Source: Octopus vulgaris
Taxonomy: Eukaryota
Length of the DNA: 64,000 nucleotides
Reading direction: 5' to 3'
Assembly: GCA_951406725.2 (NCBI GenBank)
Contig: OX597825.1
Coordinates: forward strand, 12,524,001 to 12,588,000
In this document: positions 25,621 to 39,632 of the stretch, piece after piece
Layout: each line of letters begins with the position of its first letter
Position numbering within the stretch: the first letter of the stretch is position 1
Notes under the pieces: model-generated
Seen by the model: the letters and a program-made list of their open reading frames with translations, nothing else
Databases searched by the model: none
What the model was told of the DNA's origin: nothing
Program-made: the position numbers and the translations under genes

Positions 25621-26211
25621 ATTACGTAATGTCGATTTTACTCCTGCTTTTGATTTCATTACGGATGTTAGTTTTCCTGTTTATCACGTGGTTTTGTTTG
25701 TTACCTGATGTTTAAGGATTTTTCTAGTTTTATTGTCGGTTTGCTTCATTATTTAACATGTTCTGTTTATAAAATGTGGCATTCCTTTGCGCGGTGTTGT
25801 TTATTTATTTATACATTGCACTTAGAAACCCCTCTGCAATACTTGACGCTTAATCGATCTTTCGCTGTTGAAGAGAATATAATTAATAGCGTTTAGTAAT
25901 TGCTACTGTAGTGTATTTGATCTTTTCATTTCAGTTGTTCTACCAGAATTTTTCTAATCAGTATTAAACAACTTGCGGTTGAAAACCATCACAGCTGTAG
26001 ATATACGGAGTGAAACACGCGATCATGGTAATACAGAAAAAAAAAGCAGTTGATTATATTTTGTAGTATACATACATACATGCATACATCCATATATATG
26101 ATCCTGGGTGACTTTCTGTCCGGCATTAGCCATGATAGTTCGGTAGCCACTACACATTTTTATATTCTCTCCTTGTTTCTTTATTTTCTCTTAGTATTTC
26201 TTTCTGTGCTC

Positions 26212-26247
26212 CTTTCTGTGGAAGAGCGTAGGCTCGAAACGTTAAAG
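26212..26247 (+). ncRNA. Minimal hammerhead-like motif with U6 core variant (family H2)
   Basis: CTTT-CTGTGGA-A-GAGC-GTAG-GCTC-GAAA-CG-TT-AAAG: stems I and II perfect; lies within repeat 26110-26330. Confidence 0.6.
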
Positions 26248-26331
26248 ATTTTTCACTTCCTTAGCGTTATATTAATACATCTGTTTGTTGTCTACACGAC
26301 CTGTCTTCGTCCTTTTTTGTGTGAAGTCTTC

Positions 26332-26410
<79 letters not shown>

Positions 26411-26537
26411 CACATACATACTCACATATAAGTATGTATATAGCAAATTAAATAGGGTGGCCTATTAGCAATAAGAACCTAAAGGCAAAATTAATAGAGG
26501 TCCCAAAAGGGAGAGATGGTACTGATTACGAACGTGT

Positions 26538-26737
26538 TTGCTAAAAATAAGAGTCAAAACAAACTCATAACCACAAAAAGTTGAAATTAGTGACACACAG
26601 AGGGAGATAAGTCCCCGGCGCCCTTAATCGGATCCCGATTTCGGATTTTGACTTACGTTGGGGAATTAATTCCCTTTCTCAGTCACTACATTCAGTGCTT
26701 ATGTGGCTTTTGAGCTGGTTTAGCTGAAATTTTTAGC

Positions 26738-26739
<2 letters not shown>
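26538..26739. repeat. Imperfect ~200-bp foldback
   Basis: Nested inverted matches TTGCTAAAAAT/ATTTTTAGCAA, TAGTGAC/GTCACTA, TCCCC/GGGGA. Confidence 0.5.
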
Positions 26740-26828
<89 letters not shown>

Positions 26829-29062
26829 TATGCTTCAATTTCTTTTGCCTAACCGCTAATTTGCAGGGACCTAAAAATTTGTGAAGCAGTGGTCGTCAAG
26901 CACAGGCACGAAAACACAAAAATACACGCCCGGGTTAAAGGGAATGATGAAATGTAAAAACGTGGTCTAGATTATGCAGATCTCAACTGCTATTAACTGA
27001 CATACCAACTTTTCTACTTTAATTACTATCCATTCTATGCCAGCATGGATCATAGTAATTAATGGAAATGTTAACAGAATGTTTTGAATTCATATATGTA
27101 TATACACTAAATACACGTAATTCAAAAACACAGAAGATAGTGAACAATCAAAATAACGGAAATTACATTTCTTAATAAGACGGGCAGACAGTAAATAAGA
27201 ATATTTTACGGAAAATAAACAATTGTACGGGTTGAAGCTAAATTACTCATTTAGTGAACCAAAGAGCTAGTATCGAAGGGCCCAGACAAAAGCCGCTAAG
27301 AGAAAAATACAGTACCGTTGCAATAGCAAATAAGAAAGTTTTAGAGAACTGAACTAAATATACGGATTTAAAGGAATTTTTTGAAGTTACTTCTGTCATT
27401 AAACCTTGAACATATTTTTATTAGTAATTCCTTAAAAAAAACCCCAAAAACACAAAATGTTGCAAAGTACATAAGAAATTTGTAGGCAAATTTAATGAAG
27501 TGAACGGATTAAAGTGAAATTTATGAAGTTTCTTCTGCCAGTAAATTACGTATGAAATTACTTTCAACAGAAATAGTGAACTTCTTTCTGTCAGTAATTT
27601 GTCGTTGTTGTTTGTAAATAGCGACTGAACAATAGCGACTGAACTTAAAGTGAAAACGAGAGTGTCTGAAAAATGAAGGTGAAAACAATAGAGAGTGGGT
27701 GAGCTAAAAGTTAGACAAATAAGATAGGTATAGATAGTTAAAATATAGACTGCTTGATACAGCGGGATAGATAAATAGATACAATGATAGATAAAGCGAT
27801 ATAGACAGAGACATATAAAGAGAATACACACACAACTCTAGTTTATATATTGTGATAGATTTTTGACGATAGATGGAAGGGTGACAATCAATTTTTGAAA
27901 GTTGATTCACAAAAAAGTTAACTCTCTTCTCCAGGTAAGCCAGGAACGGGTATTTTCTGCCGCAAAGGGGTCCGTTACTCATTATGTGAAAACTTTTAAG
28001 AGTCTAAAACCTTTTCTGGAACATAAGTCATGTATGTTCCCAGTTTGGAGAAATCAGTTGAAAAATCCGGTCGTGATAATCTTTTACACACACACACACA
28101 TACATACAGAACGGGATTTATATTACATACACACCCACACACTCACCCACCTACACACACACATATATATAGAAAGACAGAGAGATAGATAGATAAGAAT
28201 ACATGCATATAATCATACATACCTCTATGAATGCATAAATGTATGCGTAATAATGTAGGTAATTAGAAGCAGTACCTATCTTTTTGGAATTGCTTATATC
28301 TTTGTGTTTGTGTAAGCATCTCACGTACATATGTCTGTTCACTAGTTTAGAAGTCTATACTATAATTCTATTTAGCAACTTCTATAACTTCAGCGACAAA
28401 ATTCATGTACAATTCATTTACATCAGGAATTAGATTTTTTTCCCGACATTTTGTTTTTCTTAAATGTTAATTTAGATAGACACGAGCGCATCACATTTAC
28501 GATCTGCTGTTGTGATGTTCTATTATAATAGCGGCAAGTCCTGAATCGATTACGTCTCTAATAGTGCGGCTAACATATGCCAGCCGTAAGATAATGATTA
28601 GCATCTATCATATTGTCGGACACACTGACACACTTCTTGCTTTGGCGTAGCTTATCTTCCTCGTACGAACTTCTTTTGCTAAACTGCGACTTGCCAAGAG
28701 TACTGGGCAGCAATTAGCAAATCAGCAATCATTTTATAACACCACAGGCAGTAATGTCGAAATTCAAGTTCAAAATAACGATCGGATATTGCCCATTAAT
28801 ATCGCATATAATTGAATCTTATAATACAGGTTTACAGTAAAATGTGTCTGGAAATTTTAAGATGATTAATCTAAACTAAGCGATCCCATTTTCGATAAGA
28901 ATGTCTACGTTACAGTAATATTAGTTTCACTTTAATAAACTCCGTGGAAAGCTGACAGTTTGGCTGATAATTCTGTCGAGTTGTTCGTTAAACACATACA
29001 CACGCATATTAACTTACACACACACATATACACAGATACATACATATATATGTACACACAAA

Positions 29063-29099
<37 letters not shown>

Positions 29100-29228
29100 C
29101 ACACAAAAGCGTACATACATATACATATGTATGTACACAGAAATTTGTAAATACATATAACCTATTATATAAATATAATATTCATATATGTGTGTGTATG
29201 CTTGTGATTGTATGTATGTATATATGTA

Positions 29229-29275
<47 letters not shown>

Positions 29276-29803
29276 TTATATTTATATATATATATGCATA
29301 TATGTGTGTGCTTAAAATTGTATTCGTGTAATTTCAGTAATCTTAAAATGGTGGAATGAAATTATAAATTATTTTTATTTGACAGGTTTTACTCATTTTA
29401 AAAGCATCCTCCATTAAACTAGTGAGTTTTTAGCGTTATTTCTCTCTGTACAAGATATTTTCGTTACCCAGTCATTACGTGGCAAGATTAGATCTTTATT
29501 TCACTATCCGTATATCTCTGGTCTGGTATAAATAATTTAGATCAATATTTTTAATGTAATCTTCGAATATAAATTTTGACGACGCTTATTCATGAGTTTT
29601 ACAAGATATTGACAGGTTTTCTATATTTCGGTGAATTATGATCTTCCATTTTAAATATATTTTAGGTTTTATTTTAGCGTAATTACATAAAAAGCAATAA
29701 TTTAATTCAGCGACTTTGCTTTAATTAAGCTAATTCGTTTATCATGAGATCATGTATGTCTTACGTTTTGCGCTCAAATATAAGCTCCAAATGATATTTA
29801 GTT

Positions 29804-30279
29804 AATAATAGTTATCGCCATACTAATATGGCATTCTTATAAAAATAAGAAAAAAGCTGTCCGCTTATTAGCTCCATGTGGCCATCGCCTTAAGTTAGCT
29901 ATTTGATACACAAACTGTATCCATATAACCTTCGAACAAGGGAGGTCAGTCGCTCCACACTACTTGACCGGCAGGTACAGACGCGTTTCGGGGTATTGCC
30001 CCTTTTCAATGCAGCGTAGCCAGCCAGTAGGTGTCGCTTCCGACAATCTCTGTTCGATGGTTTTATTTACCTAGTTTCGGTGGAATACATTCACTTGTTT
30101 TCAATAATAGAAATATTAAAATAACTAAGTCTCTCTAAAAGAGAACAGCGGCAGCGTTCCCGGAAAATAATAGTTATCTATTTTTATAAGAATGCCATAT
30201 TAGTATGGCGATAACTATTATTTTCCGGGAACGCTGCCGCTGTTCTCTTTTAGAGAGACTTAGTTATTTTAATATTTCT
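29804..30279 (-). mobile_element. Penelope pLTR/retrozyme-like element (family H4): 362-nt monomer plus inverted arm
   Basis: AATAATAGTTATC recurs at 29804 and 30166; 30179-30279 is the reverse complement of 30109-30165 joined to 29804-29847. Confidence 0.75.
29976..30013 (-). ncRNA. Minimal type I hammerhead, U3-A8 core variant
   Basis: UGCA-UUGAAAA-GGGG-CAAUA-CCCC-GAAA-CGCG-UC-UGUA; palindromic stem III ACGCGU, GUC triplet. Confidence 0.75.
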
Positions 30280-33200
30280 GATATTTCATTTGTATCAATT
30301 CCTTGGTGTTTGCCCTTCGTTTGATTCCCTAAAGGGTCTTATAAGTAAATGTGGTACGCAAATATCTAAGTGTTTGATTCATTACATACTGAGAAAAGAA
30401 AACGTTAGAAATACTGTATTTATTTATGTATTAGCTGCTCTAATTTATACTTGAACTTAAATGAAAATTACTCGATGCCACTTATACACGGCGCATAGGT
30501 AAAACTATCAAGGGAAAAACATTGGAAATGAGTTTTAACACTAAGTTTAACAAAGTCTATATGAAGACGAAGAACAATTTCAATACAGCTTTAACGAAAT
30601 AAAGTAACAACAGACGTATTCTTTTTAAATTTTGATGAAGAAAGCTCCGCAATAAATATTCATTTGTTATTGTCACTTTTCATCAACATCTTTGATTCTG
30701 TCTCATTGCTGTTGAAGCCCAGTTTGGGGAATTACGTCGCCGTAATTATTTCATTCATTTCTTGACAGAGGAAACAGTTGTGATTCTCATTATATTTGCA
30801 AAATCTCAAACAGAGAAGATTGGCTTTTTCTGAATTTGTTCAGCATGTCTGTGTGTACGGAAATATGAAAGCAAAATATGAAAGGAATCTTTCAATTCTT
30901 AGCAATAATTCTAACTTATACGGAAGCACAAAGATTTGGAGAGATGAGGATTAGTCAATGCCATTGAGCTCATTATCTACTGGTACATATTTTATCAACT
31001 CTCAAAGTGGATCTTGTTGGAAATTGAACTCAGTTCATGAAGAGCCGTGTGAAATATGCAAGGTAGATTGTCTACCCCTGGCAGTATTAAGTTGCTAGCT
31101 CCATAAGTGTAATAACAACAACAACAGCAGTAGAAGCAACTAACGAAGACGAGGAGGTGTAGGAGGTGAAAGCAGGAGTGGAGATTGATAAGGAGACGAT
31201 GAAGAGGAAGATGAAGAGGAAAAATACTCTTCGGGCCAAATGACAAAGGCATGAATACAAACAATGTTTAAATCAAGTTAAGATCTTTGCGATTAAGATT
31301 CTCCTGTAAGAACTGTAATAATTTTGTATGTGTAAAAGAAAAATTAGTTGATCTAACAATATTATAGAAATAGAAATCGATTTCTCCCGAATGAAAATTT
31401 ATGCGGTAAAAAAAATCAAAGATTCGTTGGACAAGACGCACTATGTCAAAATAAAAGACAGCATGAACATGGTTGGAACCCATTTGAGAACAGGTCTAGA
31501 CTCGATCTGGAGTTAAAGAAAAACAATAACAGTTTGTTGGCTATGCAGATAGATGTTTATGACGAAAATAGCGTGATCACATCAGACGGAACATGTAAAG
31601 CAAGTCAAACTCGAGTCAACTTGAAATAAAAACGTATGTTATACAACACATCAAACCTGAACAGCAAAATATATAAGACATATGCTGAAGTCTGGCTTTT
31701 ATTAGACACTCTATTGAGCTGATTACTGTACGAAGCACATTTAATGCGATCACTAGAAGCGGTGTTCTCTGAAAATGTTAATTACCAACAAAAAAGGACT
31801 AGTTCTTATAGAAATAAAATGGCGATTTCAAATGAACGATGTACGAAAGAACAAGAGGAACAAGCGTTTCAAGCATACTTTACAGCAATATTATTTCTAA
31901 CACACACTAGCGTCATAAACTTAACAAACGAGATCAAAAGGAGAATAAATGGAGTTGTAAGACGAAAACTAGACAGAAATGCATTAGTAAATATACGCTG
32001 GTTCGTTGTTAAAGTAGAAATAAAAAAATATGTAGGAATCGCGAATACAACAGCTCATATAATGAAGAGTATGTTACAAAAGAATTGAACACTCGCGAAA
32101 AAAGTATATTCCCTCACAAACCAAAGCAAAGTTGCGCAAAAAGACGTGAAAATGTATGAATCCTGTGTCCCTCATAACAATGAAAAATAACGCAAGAGAA
32201 CAGACTACACAGGGAAGTGACAAGTTATTGTCACACATGTATATGAACCGGCGGGAAATGAACAAGAAATCACAAAGCGAGTGATGGTCAAACAAGGATC
32301 TATAAATTTAATAAAAATATATCGCAGCGAAATAATTAGTGATCAATAAGGAAAAGCTAAGAGAAACTAAAGAATCGTTGGAGAACTGTTCGAATTAAAA
32401 TCAATGAACTTGTACGTATAGAAACCATTCCGCAAAAGAATAATAAACGTATAGGAAATAACAGCTAAAGTAGACTTTGTTATCAAAGAAATATATCCGA
32501 GGAAAACGCACTTGAACATTAAAAGGGTAGATGAATAAGTATATACATTAGCTATAACAACTTTGAGAGAAACTCCGTTCTATAGCGTATCACATTTCAT
32601 ACGTCATGGAAAACAGAACAAAATAGCACGAAAGATTTATAACTGACCAGCGAAAAATGTTTGAGACTATTATGCAGCCGATATCAAGTAGCGCAATTAA
32701 GATAGAATTTATTCATATACTAGTGGAGGTCAAGACTTTTAGAGAATGTTAATGAAAAATAAACGTGTCTTGTAAATGATTATGGCCCGCCTATATTAAA
32801 ATCGATTATTTGAAAGTAAATCTAAGCATGTATAAAGCAGATAAAAAGAATCAAACAAACAATGTATTTAAAACAGAGGACACAATCTAGCTATACTGTG
32901 AGAGGTTATGGATCTAATATATATTTATATAAGAGAGCTACACGCTCTGTGAAAACATGAGTAGAATATTAATTAACGTAATTAATAACTAAATGGCAAT
33001 TAGCATTACAACGTAAATGTGGAGAAATTGGCAGTGTTTTCAACTGTCTCTAGTTTCAGGCTTAAGTAAGCTATTAATAAACAAAATGCTTTTCGCACGG
33101 TTTTTAATGAACTGTTACCGAAAGTAGGTACAGTTTACCTGTACAGAAAACGCAATATTAATTACCTGCACACACGTAAAAGCCCATGCGGGAAAAGTGC

Positions 33201-33519
33201 ACAACTGCTGCCAAGGAACAATTTATTTACTAACAGCATAAACAAGTTTGACTTTTGCACTTCCCTATGGATAATTTCTTTACGTAGATGACAAATGTAT
33301 CTTATCAGAAGAATAAGAACACGTGTCAGAAAATAATGGTAGATGCGAAGAATAGCTGCACAGAACGGGTGCCTGTTTGTAGGCATCAGTAAATGAAAAT
33401 TAATCTCGGTATGGCTTCAGATAAATGGTGATTAATATTTTAGGTCATAACTCAATCCGTTACTCAGTTATATCGAGGAAACTATAAATAAATGAGATCC
33501 AAGACTAGGACAGATCAGA

Positions 33520-33530
33520 ATATCTATCTT

Positions 33531-33611
<81 letters not shown>

Positions 33612-33646
33612 GTCTCTCTCTCTCTCTCTATGCATACATACATACA

Positions 33647-33740
<94 letters not shown>
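33520..33740. repeat. Compound (TATC)n(TC)n(TACA)n(TA)n tract
   Basis: Adjacent simple repeats. Confidence 0.95.
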
Positions 33741-34115
33741 GTAAGTAGCTTGCTAACCAACCACATGGTTCCGGGTTCAGTCCCACTGCGTGGCATCTTG
33801 GGCAAGTGTCTTCTGCTATAGTCCCGGGCCGACCAATGCCTTGTGATTGGATTTGGTAGACGGAAACTGAAAGAAGCCTGTCGTATATATGTATATATAT
33901 ATATGTATGTGTGTGCTTGTGTGTCTGTGTTTGTCCCCCTGGCATTGCTTGACGGCCGATGCTGGTGTGTTTACGTCCCCGTCACTTAGCAGTTCAGCAA
34001 AAGAGACCGATAGAATAAGTACTGGGCTTACAAAGAATAAGTCCCGGGGTCGATTTGCTCGACTAAAGGCGGTGCTCCAGCATGGCCGCAGTCAAATGAC
34101 TGAAACAAGTAAAAA
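33735..34115 (+). mobile_element. SINE family B
   Basis: Near-identical to 61011-61445. Confidence 0.9.
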
Positions 34116-34772
34116 AATATATATATATCACAATTGGAAATATTAATAAAATGAATGATATACGATCCAGTCTGTCTTCATATTTTCCTTACTCATTTAA
34201 GTTGCGCAAATTACTAAGACATCAATACATATGTTACAGAAAAATATATTACAAATGCAACAGTCGAGTTATGAGGTATTTGGTCTGGATTCATGTACCT
34301 GGACAATAAATTACTGTCAACGACGGGACCTTTAAATAGTGAATCGACCTTTTACAAACAGTACCCTCATCTCTCTCTCTCACAAATCAATAGCTGCCGT
34401 CTAAAATAGTCAAAGGATTATATTATGGTTTGTATTTCTGAACACATCTAAAAGAGGAGATGGTTTGAGCTGAAATGCCTCTTTGATCCCTTCGCCGTTC
34501 AGTTAGAGCTGACATGAAGCCAGATAATGGCGACAATATTTAAATATATCTCACAATAGTGGAAGGGGAGAACTAGATAGATACTTAAAGGATGAAGGAA
34601 GAAATAAAGATTTGAAGGATTTGAGCTGGAGAAGGAGAAATTATGACTTATGATAGAAAGACTCGAAGAAATATCTGAATCTATTAGCTGCTATAGTAAT
34701 AGTGACTTAATAGTATTCAGTAATGGCACGTAAAAATAAACGTAAGAATAAAATTAAAAGTTTGATGGTGGT

Positions 34773-35159
34773 GGTGGAAGCACTCCGTCGGTTACGACGA
34801 CGAGGGTCCCGGTTGATCCGAATCAACGGAACAGCCTGCTCCTGAAATTAACGTGTAATTGGCTGAGCACTCCATAGACACGTGTACCCTTAACGTAGTT
34901 CTCGGGGATATTCAGTGTGACACAGAGAGTGACAAGGCCGGCCCTTTGAAATACAGGTACAACAGAAACAGGAAGTAAGAGTGAGAGAAAGTTGTGGTGA
35001 AAGAGTACAGCAGGGATCACCACCATCCCCTGCCGGAGCCTCGTGGAGCTTTAGGTGTTTTCGCTCAATAAACACTCACAACGCCCGGCCTGGGAATCGA
35101 AACCACGATCCTATGACCGCGAGTCCTCTGCCCTAACCACTGGGCCATTGTGCCTCCAC
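34773..35159 (-). mobile_element. SINE family C, tail type 2
   Basis: Head shared with the 12753 copy, different tail (shared with 58449); TSD TGATGGTGGT (34763-34772, 35160-35169). Confidence 0.9.
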
Positions 35160-35332
35160 TGATGGTGGTATAAAGAAGAGAACTGAAAGGGGACCCTTCC
35201 AATGTGTATATTTAAGGGTACAGAGCTAATATAATACCACCTGTGGCCTAGTATGGCCGAATCAGTAAGACTTTCGCTTCGTTTTCACGAGGTACCGGGT
35301 TCAATACAATCATGTGCAATTAAAAAAAAAAA

Positions 35333-35510
35333 TTCGTCTACTGTTATGTTCTGAGTTCATATTCCGCCGAGGTCGACTTTACCTTTCATCCTTTCAGGGT
35401 CGATAAATTAAGTACCAGTTACGCACTGGGGTCGATGAAATCGAAGTAATTCCTTTGTTTGTCCTTGTTTGTATCCTCTGTGTTTAGCCCCTTGTGGGTA
35501 GTAAAGAAAA
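35333..35510 (+). mobile_element. SINE family A monomer body
   Basis: CCGAGGTCGACTTTACCTTTCATCC core and AGCCCCTTGTGGG tail. Confidence 0.85.
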
Positions 35511-36429
35511 ATATATAATACCTCATAAAGAGAGAAAACGAAACGAACTCTTAAAATAAGTTCGGAAGTAAATGAACTTGCAAGTTTAGATAGGGTGGAA
35601 CCGAAAACGAAAGTGCACGAAGTAAAACCAGTGCTTTCAATTGAAGCTGTTATTGATAGGATGTAATTACTTCGTGGAAAGAGAAAGGAATTACAATGAA
35701 TTAAAAAGGAAAACAGGAAACTGTTTACAATGAACAATGGTGAATATTGAAAGGTATTTGAAACGAGATAATGAAGTTTGATTCTGTGATTCAGGTAACA
35801 TAGATTATCTAATCAAACGTAAACGGCTTTATCTTCATGTGAATCCTGGCATGTCTCGCGCGGTTAAGAAGTTCATTTTCCAACTAAATGCTTTCCAGTT
35901 TAATCACATTGAATGGTGCCTTAGATTAGTGTCATAATGTCCTCTGACTTAATTTCCGGTCGACTTAAGATGTGCGAGTGAAATTTGGTTGACTGAATCT
36001 GATTTTAAAGTTCGCCCGCGGAATAATTACTGTTCTAGCCTGGTCATTTTAATCTGTTACACTGTGAAAAATAACCATCTGAGCTCTAGGTACATTTAGC
36101 CCAAATGCACCTGTCTGAGAGGAAAATATAAATCAACGATGTCGTAATATATTATCTGGCGCAACATATCATAACAGATTCGTCATAGCTGTTGATACTG
36201 AGTGGAGTAAGTAGGATGGGTCATACACATTTCTCTACCTAAATCCATAAAACAACTCTGCTATTCTCATTGTAAATACATGGCTACATAGATAAAGAGG
36301 TCATTATGAAACATTCAGTTACAGAGATCAAAGGCTGAGGAGAACAATGATAAATGTTTTTAAACCAACTGAACAACATATCACCGGAGTGGTGACATAC
36401 AGATATCAAATTATAAGGACCTCGAAATG

Positions 36430-36600
36430 GGCCTTACAGCTGTTTCCAGGATATTTATTATATCCCTTCATCGGAGACGGTATGAGAAAATGGTAAAGCA
36501 ATAGTTAATTTAGATACGATACGAAATAGAGAGTGAAGTGGAGGAATGAAAATAGATGTGAGATATGCAGGGATATTGCATTTGTAGATCCATTACTTAG
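36430..36600 (+). mobile_element. Possible very old LINE RT remnant
   Basis: FPGYLLYPF (QGxxLSP-like) then GMKIDVRYAG/DIAFV (YADD-like), with frameshifts. Confidence 0.25.
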
Positions 36601-36809
36601 GCAGAATGGTATACATATAACATTCCAATAACTTGTGAGTAAATTCCAATAGTATTTAAATTTGGTCATTCCAAGTATAGAGTTTGTACACAGTGCTATT
36701 GAATCGAGGGTTTTATTTAAAGTACTTTAAATATAAATAAAGCTGCGAAACGAACACTAGTTCGTGTGATATGGTATTTTTTTTATTCTTTTACTCTTTT
36801 ATTCTATTA

Positions 36810-37178
36810 TTTTTTTTTACTTGTTTCAACCATTTGACTGCGGCCAGGCTGAATCAGCGCCTTAAAGGGCGTTAATCAAACAAATCAACCCCAAGACTTA
36901 TTCTTTGTAAATCTAGTACTTATTCAATCGGATCTTTTGTCAAGCCGCTAAGTTACGGGGACATAGACACACCAGCATCGATTGTCAAGTGATGCCGGGC
37001 GGGGAGGAGGGTAGGTCAAACACAAACACAGACACCCAAACACACACATATATATTTATATACGACGGGCTTCTTCTAGCTCCCGTCTACCAAATTAAGT
37101 CACAAGGATTTGCGCAAGGTGCTACTCAACCATGTGGCTAGGAAGCAAGCTTGTCACCACACAGCTACACCTGCGCCT
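36810..37178 (-). mobile_element. SINE family B, diverged
   Basis: Tail and head motifs in reverse orientation with an internal deletion. Confidence 0.8.
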
Positions 37179-37584
37179 GTGAAAATATTTACTAATCAAT
37201 ACCATTGACCCTTAATTGGCGTCATGATTGCACAACATCAAGTGTCGAAAGAAGTTGTGAAAAGCGTTTTCGACTGAGGTTGGAGAGCGACATTTTTATT
37301 GTCATATAAAACAAATTGAGGCCGTGTCACTAAGTAAACACCTTTGATATATAACGATAAGGTTTTAGTTCCCAGTGATGGTGTATTTGACTAACACTTC
37401 ATCTCAATTCTATTTCAGTGAGAAAAATAGGAGACAAAAAAAAAATAATGAAAAAAGAAAAGAACCGCGGGCTGGCGGGGTGATTGGAGACGTCTGGTTG
37501 TTGGAAATAAAAATATTTAGAGAAAAAATATTCAAGGATACAATTTACTTTCTTCTAATTTATGTTAGAATTTGAAACTTGTTG

Positions 37585-37621
<37 letters not shown>

Positions 37622-37797
37622 AAACACACACATTTGTGTGTATACGCATGTTTGTATGTGTTGTTTGTGTTCACGTATGAATGTGTTTCCGCGTCAGTTT
37701 GTTTATTTATATGTTCGTATACATGTGAATGTGTGTATGTACATATATATGCATTCACGAACAAACATACACACAGATACACACACAAACACAGAGG

Positions 37798-37887
<90 letters not shown>

Positions 37888-38430
37888 TAAATATATATAT
37901 ACATATATATCCATGTTTAAACAAAGAGAAAGTGTTGGGGGAGTGAAAGATAGGTATACGTAATAGAGAAATAGAGAACTTGTTGCGGAAGAGTAAAAGG
38001 GAGATGGGGGAGAGAGGAGGAAGAGAAAGCGTGGGAGAAGATTAATCGGGTTGGCAATATGGTCCCTATTTTTTTTAGAAAGACGTAAGTCAGTTCCTCA
38101 TTAGATGCGGCCTGAGTGGATGAAGAAACTGGGCGCCAGCTTATCTTTACCGGTCGCAATAATTTACACTACTCGGAGTGAATATTCTCTGTTGCCATTT
38201 TGTATATCTTATTCCGTGGATATTTGTTGTAGTATATCCAAATAGATTTTGAAAGGGTCACTATGGACATCACATATAACATTTATATCTATGTATATCA
38301 TTATTCAGTTTTATGTATGTATGCATGTATGCATGTATGTATGTATGTATGCATGAATGTATGTATGTATGGATACTTGTGTGTTTGTGTGTATGTATGT
38401 TTGTGTATAAGTATCTATCTACCTACCTAC

Positions 38431-38534
<104 letters not shown>

Positions 38535-39284
38535 GTCTTTCAGTCAGTCAGCTTGTCTGTCAGTCTGTCTGTCTGTCTGTTTGTCACTGTCTGTCTGTCT
38601 CTCTCTCTCTCTCTCTTTTCTCTCTGTATCTCTCGTATATGCGATCACGGCCATCGCTTATTAGCTTTAATCTTATAAATTATTAATATTATTCTTTACA
38701 GAATTGTAAAAATCGACGCTGCTTACCAAAAACTATGTATTTGTCTGTCTGTCTGTAAATCTAGCCATACATCCATCCGTCCATCCGTCCATCCATCCAT
38801 CCATCCATCCATCCATCCATCCATCCATTCATCCACCCATCCAAAGAGCTCTTTTTATTTACATTCCATCAAATCCACTCAGAAGGCTTTGGCGGACTCA
38901 CAGCAGTAGTAGATCACACTTGCCTTAGATGTAGGGCAGAAACACTGACCCCGGAAACATCTGGTTGAGAAGTAGACTTCTTACCCCACGGCCATTTCTT
39001 CGCCTAGAAGCAGACAGTGAAAGACAGACAGATAGATGGATAGAAAGACAGATAGACAGAGATAGAGGGTGAGAGAAAGAAACAGAGAGATAATATGAGA
39101 GATAAAGACGAAGTAAGAAATAGAGCGAGAGAGTGAGAGTGTGTTTTAGAGAGACAGAGAGAGAGCGAGAGATTGAGAGAGACAGAGAGAACATGTGCTT
39201 GTCTGCGTTCAATATATTACAAAGCATGAAATGCATAATTATAAGCTGAATAAATATTTTTTTTTAATGTCGATAGTTAGCCCG

Positions 39285-39632
39285 AAGCGAAAGTGTAGCA
39301 GCAAGTGTAGTAGAAAGTGTTAGAACTTTGCTTCCCAATCCTCTAGTTCCGTGTTCAATCCCACTGCGTGGCGCATGGGGCATGTATCGTCCATCGGGCT
39401 GACCAAAGCCGTATGAGTCAATTTCATAGAAGAAAGCTGAAAGAAACCCGCCGTATATGTATATGCTTTACAACCGACGTCCGTATGTTTACGTTCCCAT
39501 AAAATAGTGGTACATCAGCAGAGACCATTTGAATAAGTACCAGGCTTTGCAATAAACGAATAAGGGAACTATTTCAAGGCGGTGCCCCAGCATGACCGCA
39601 GCCTAATGAGTGAAACAATTAAAAGATAAAAG
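39285..39632 (+). mobile_element. SINE family B, diverged
   Basis: GTTCAATCCCACTGCGTGG...AAGGCGGTGCCCCAGCATGACCGCAG. Confidence 0.7.

Noticed and set aside
31500-32120. Possible ancient RTE RT (GYAD; EIKKYVGIA)
   Set aside because: Motifs are too degenerate and the spacing is too long to support by eye.
37465-37495. GC box plus reverse CCAAT as a promoter
   Set aside because: Short motifs expected by chance; no linked exon.
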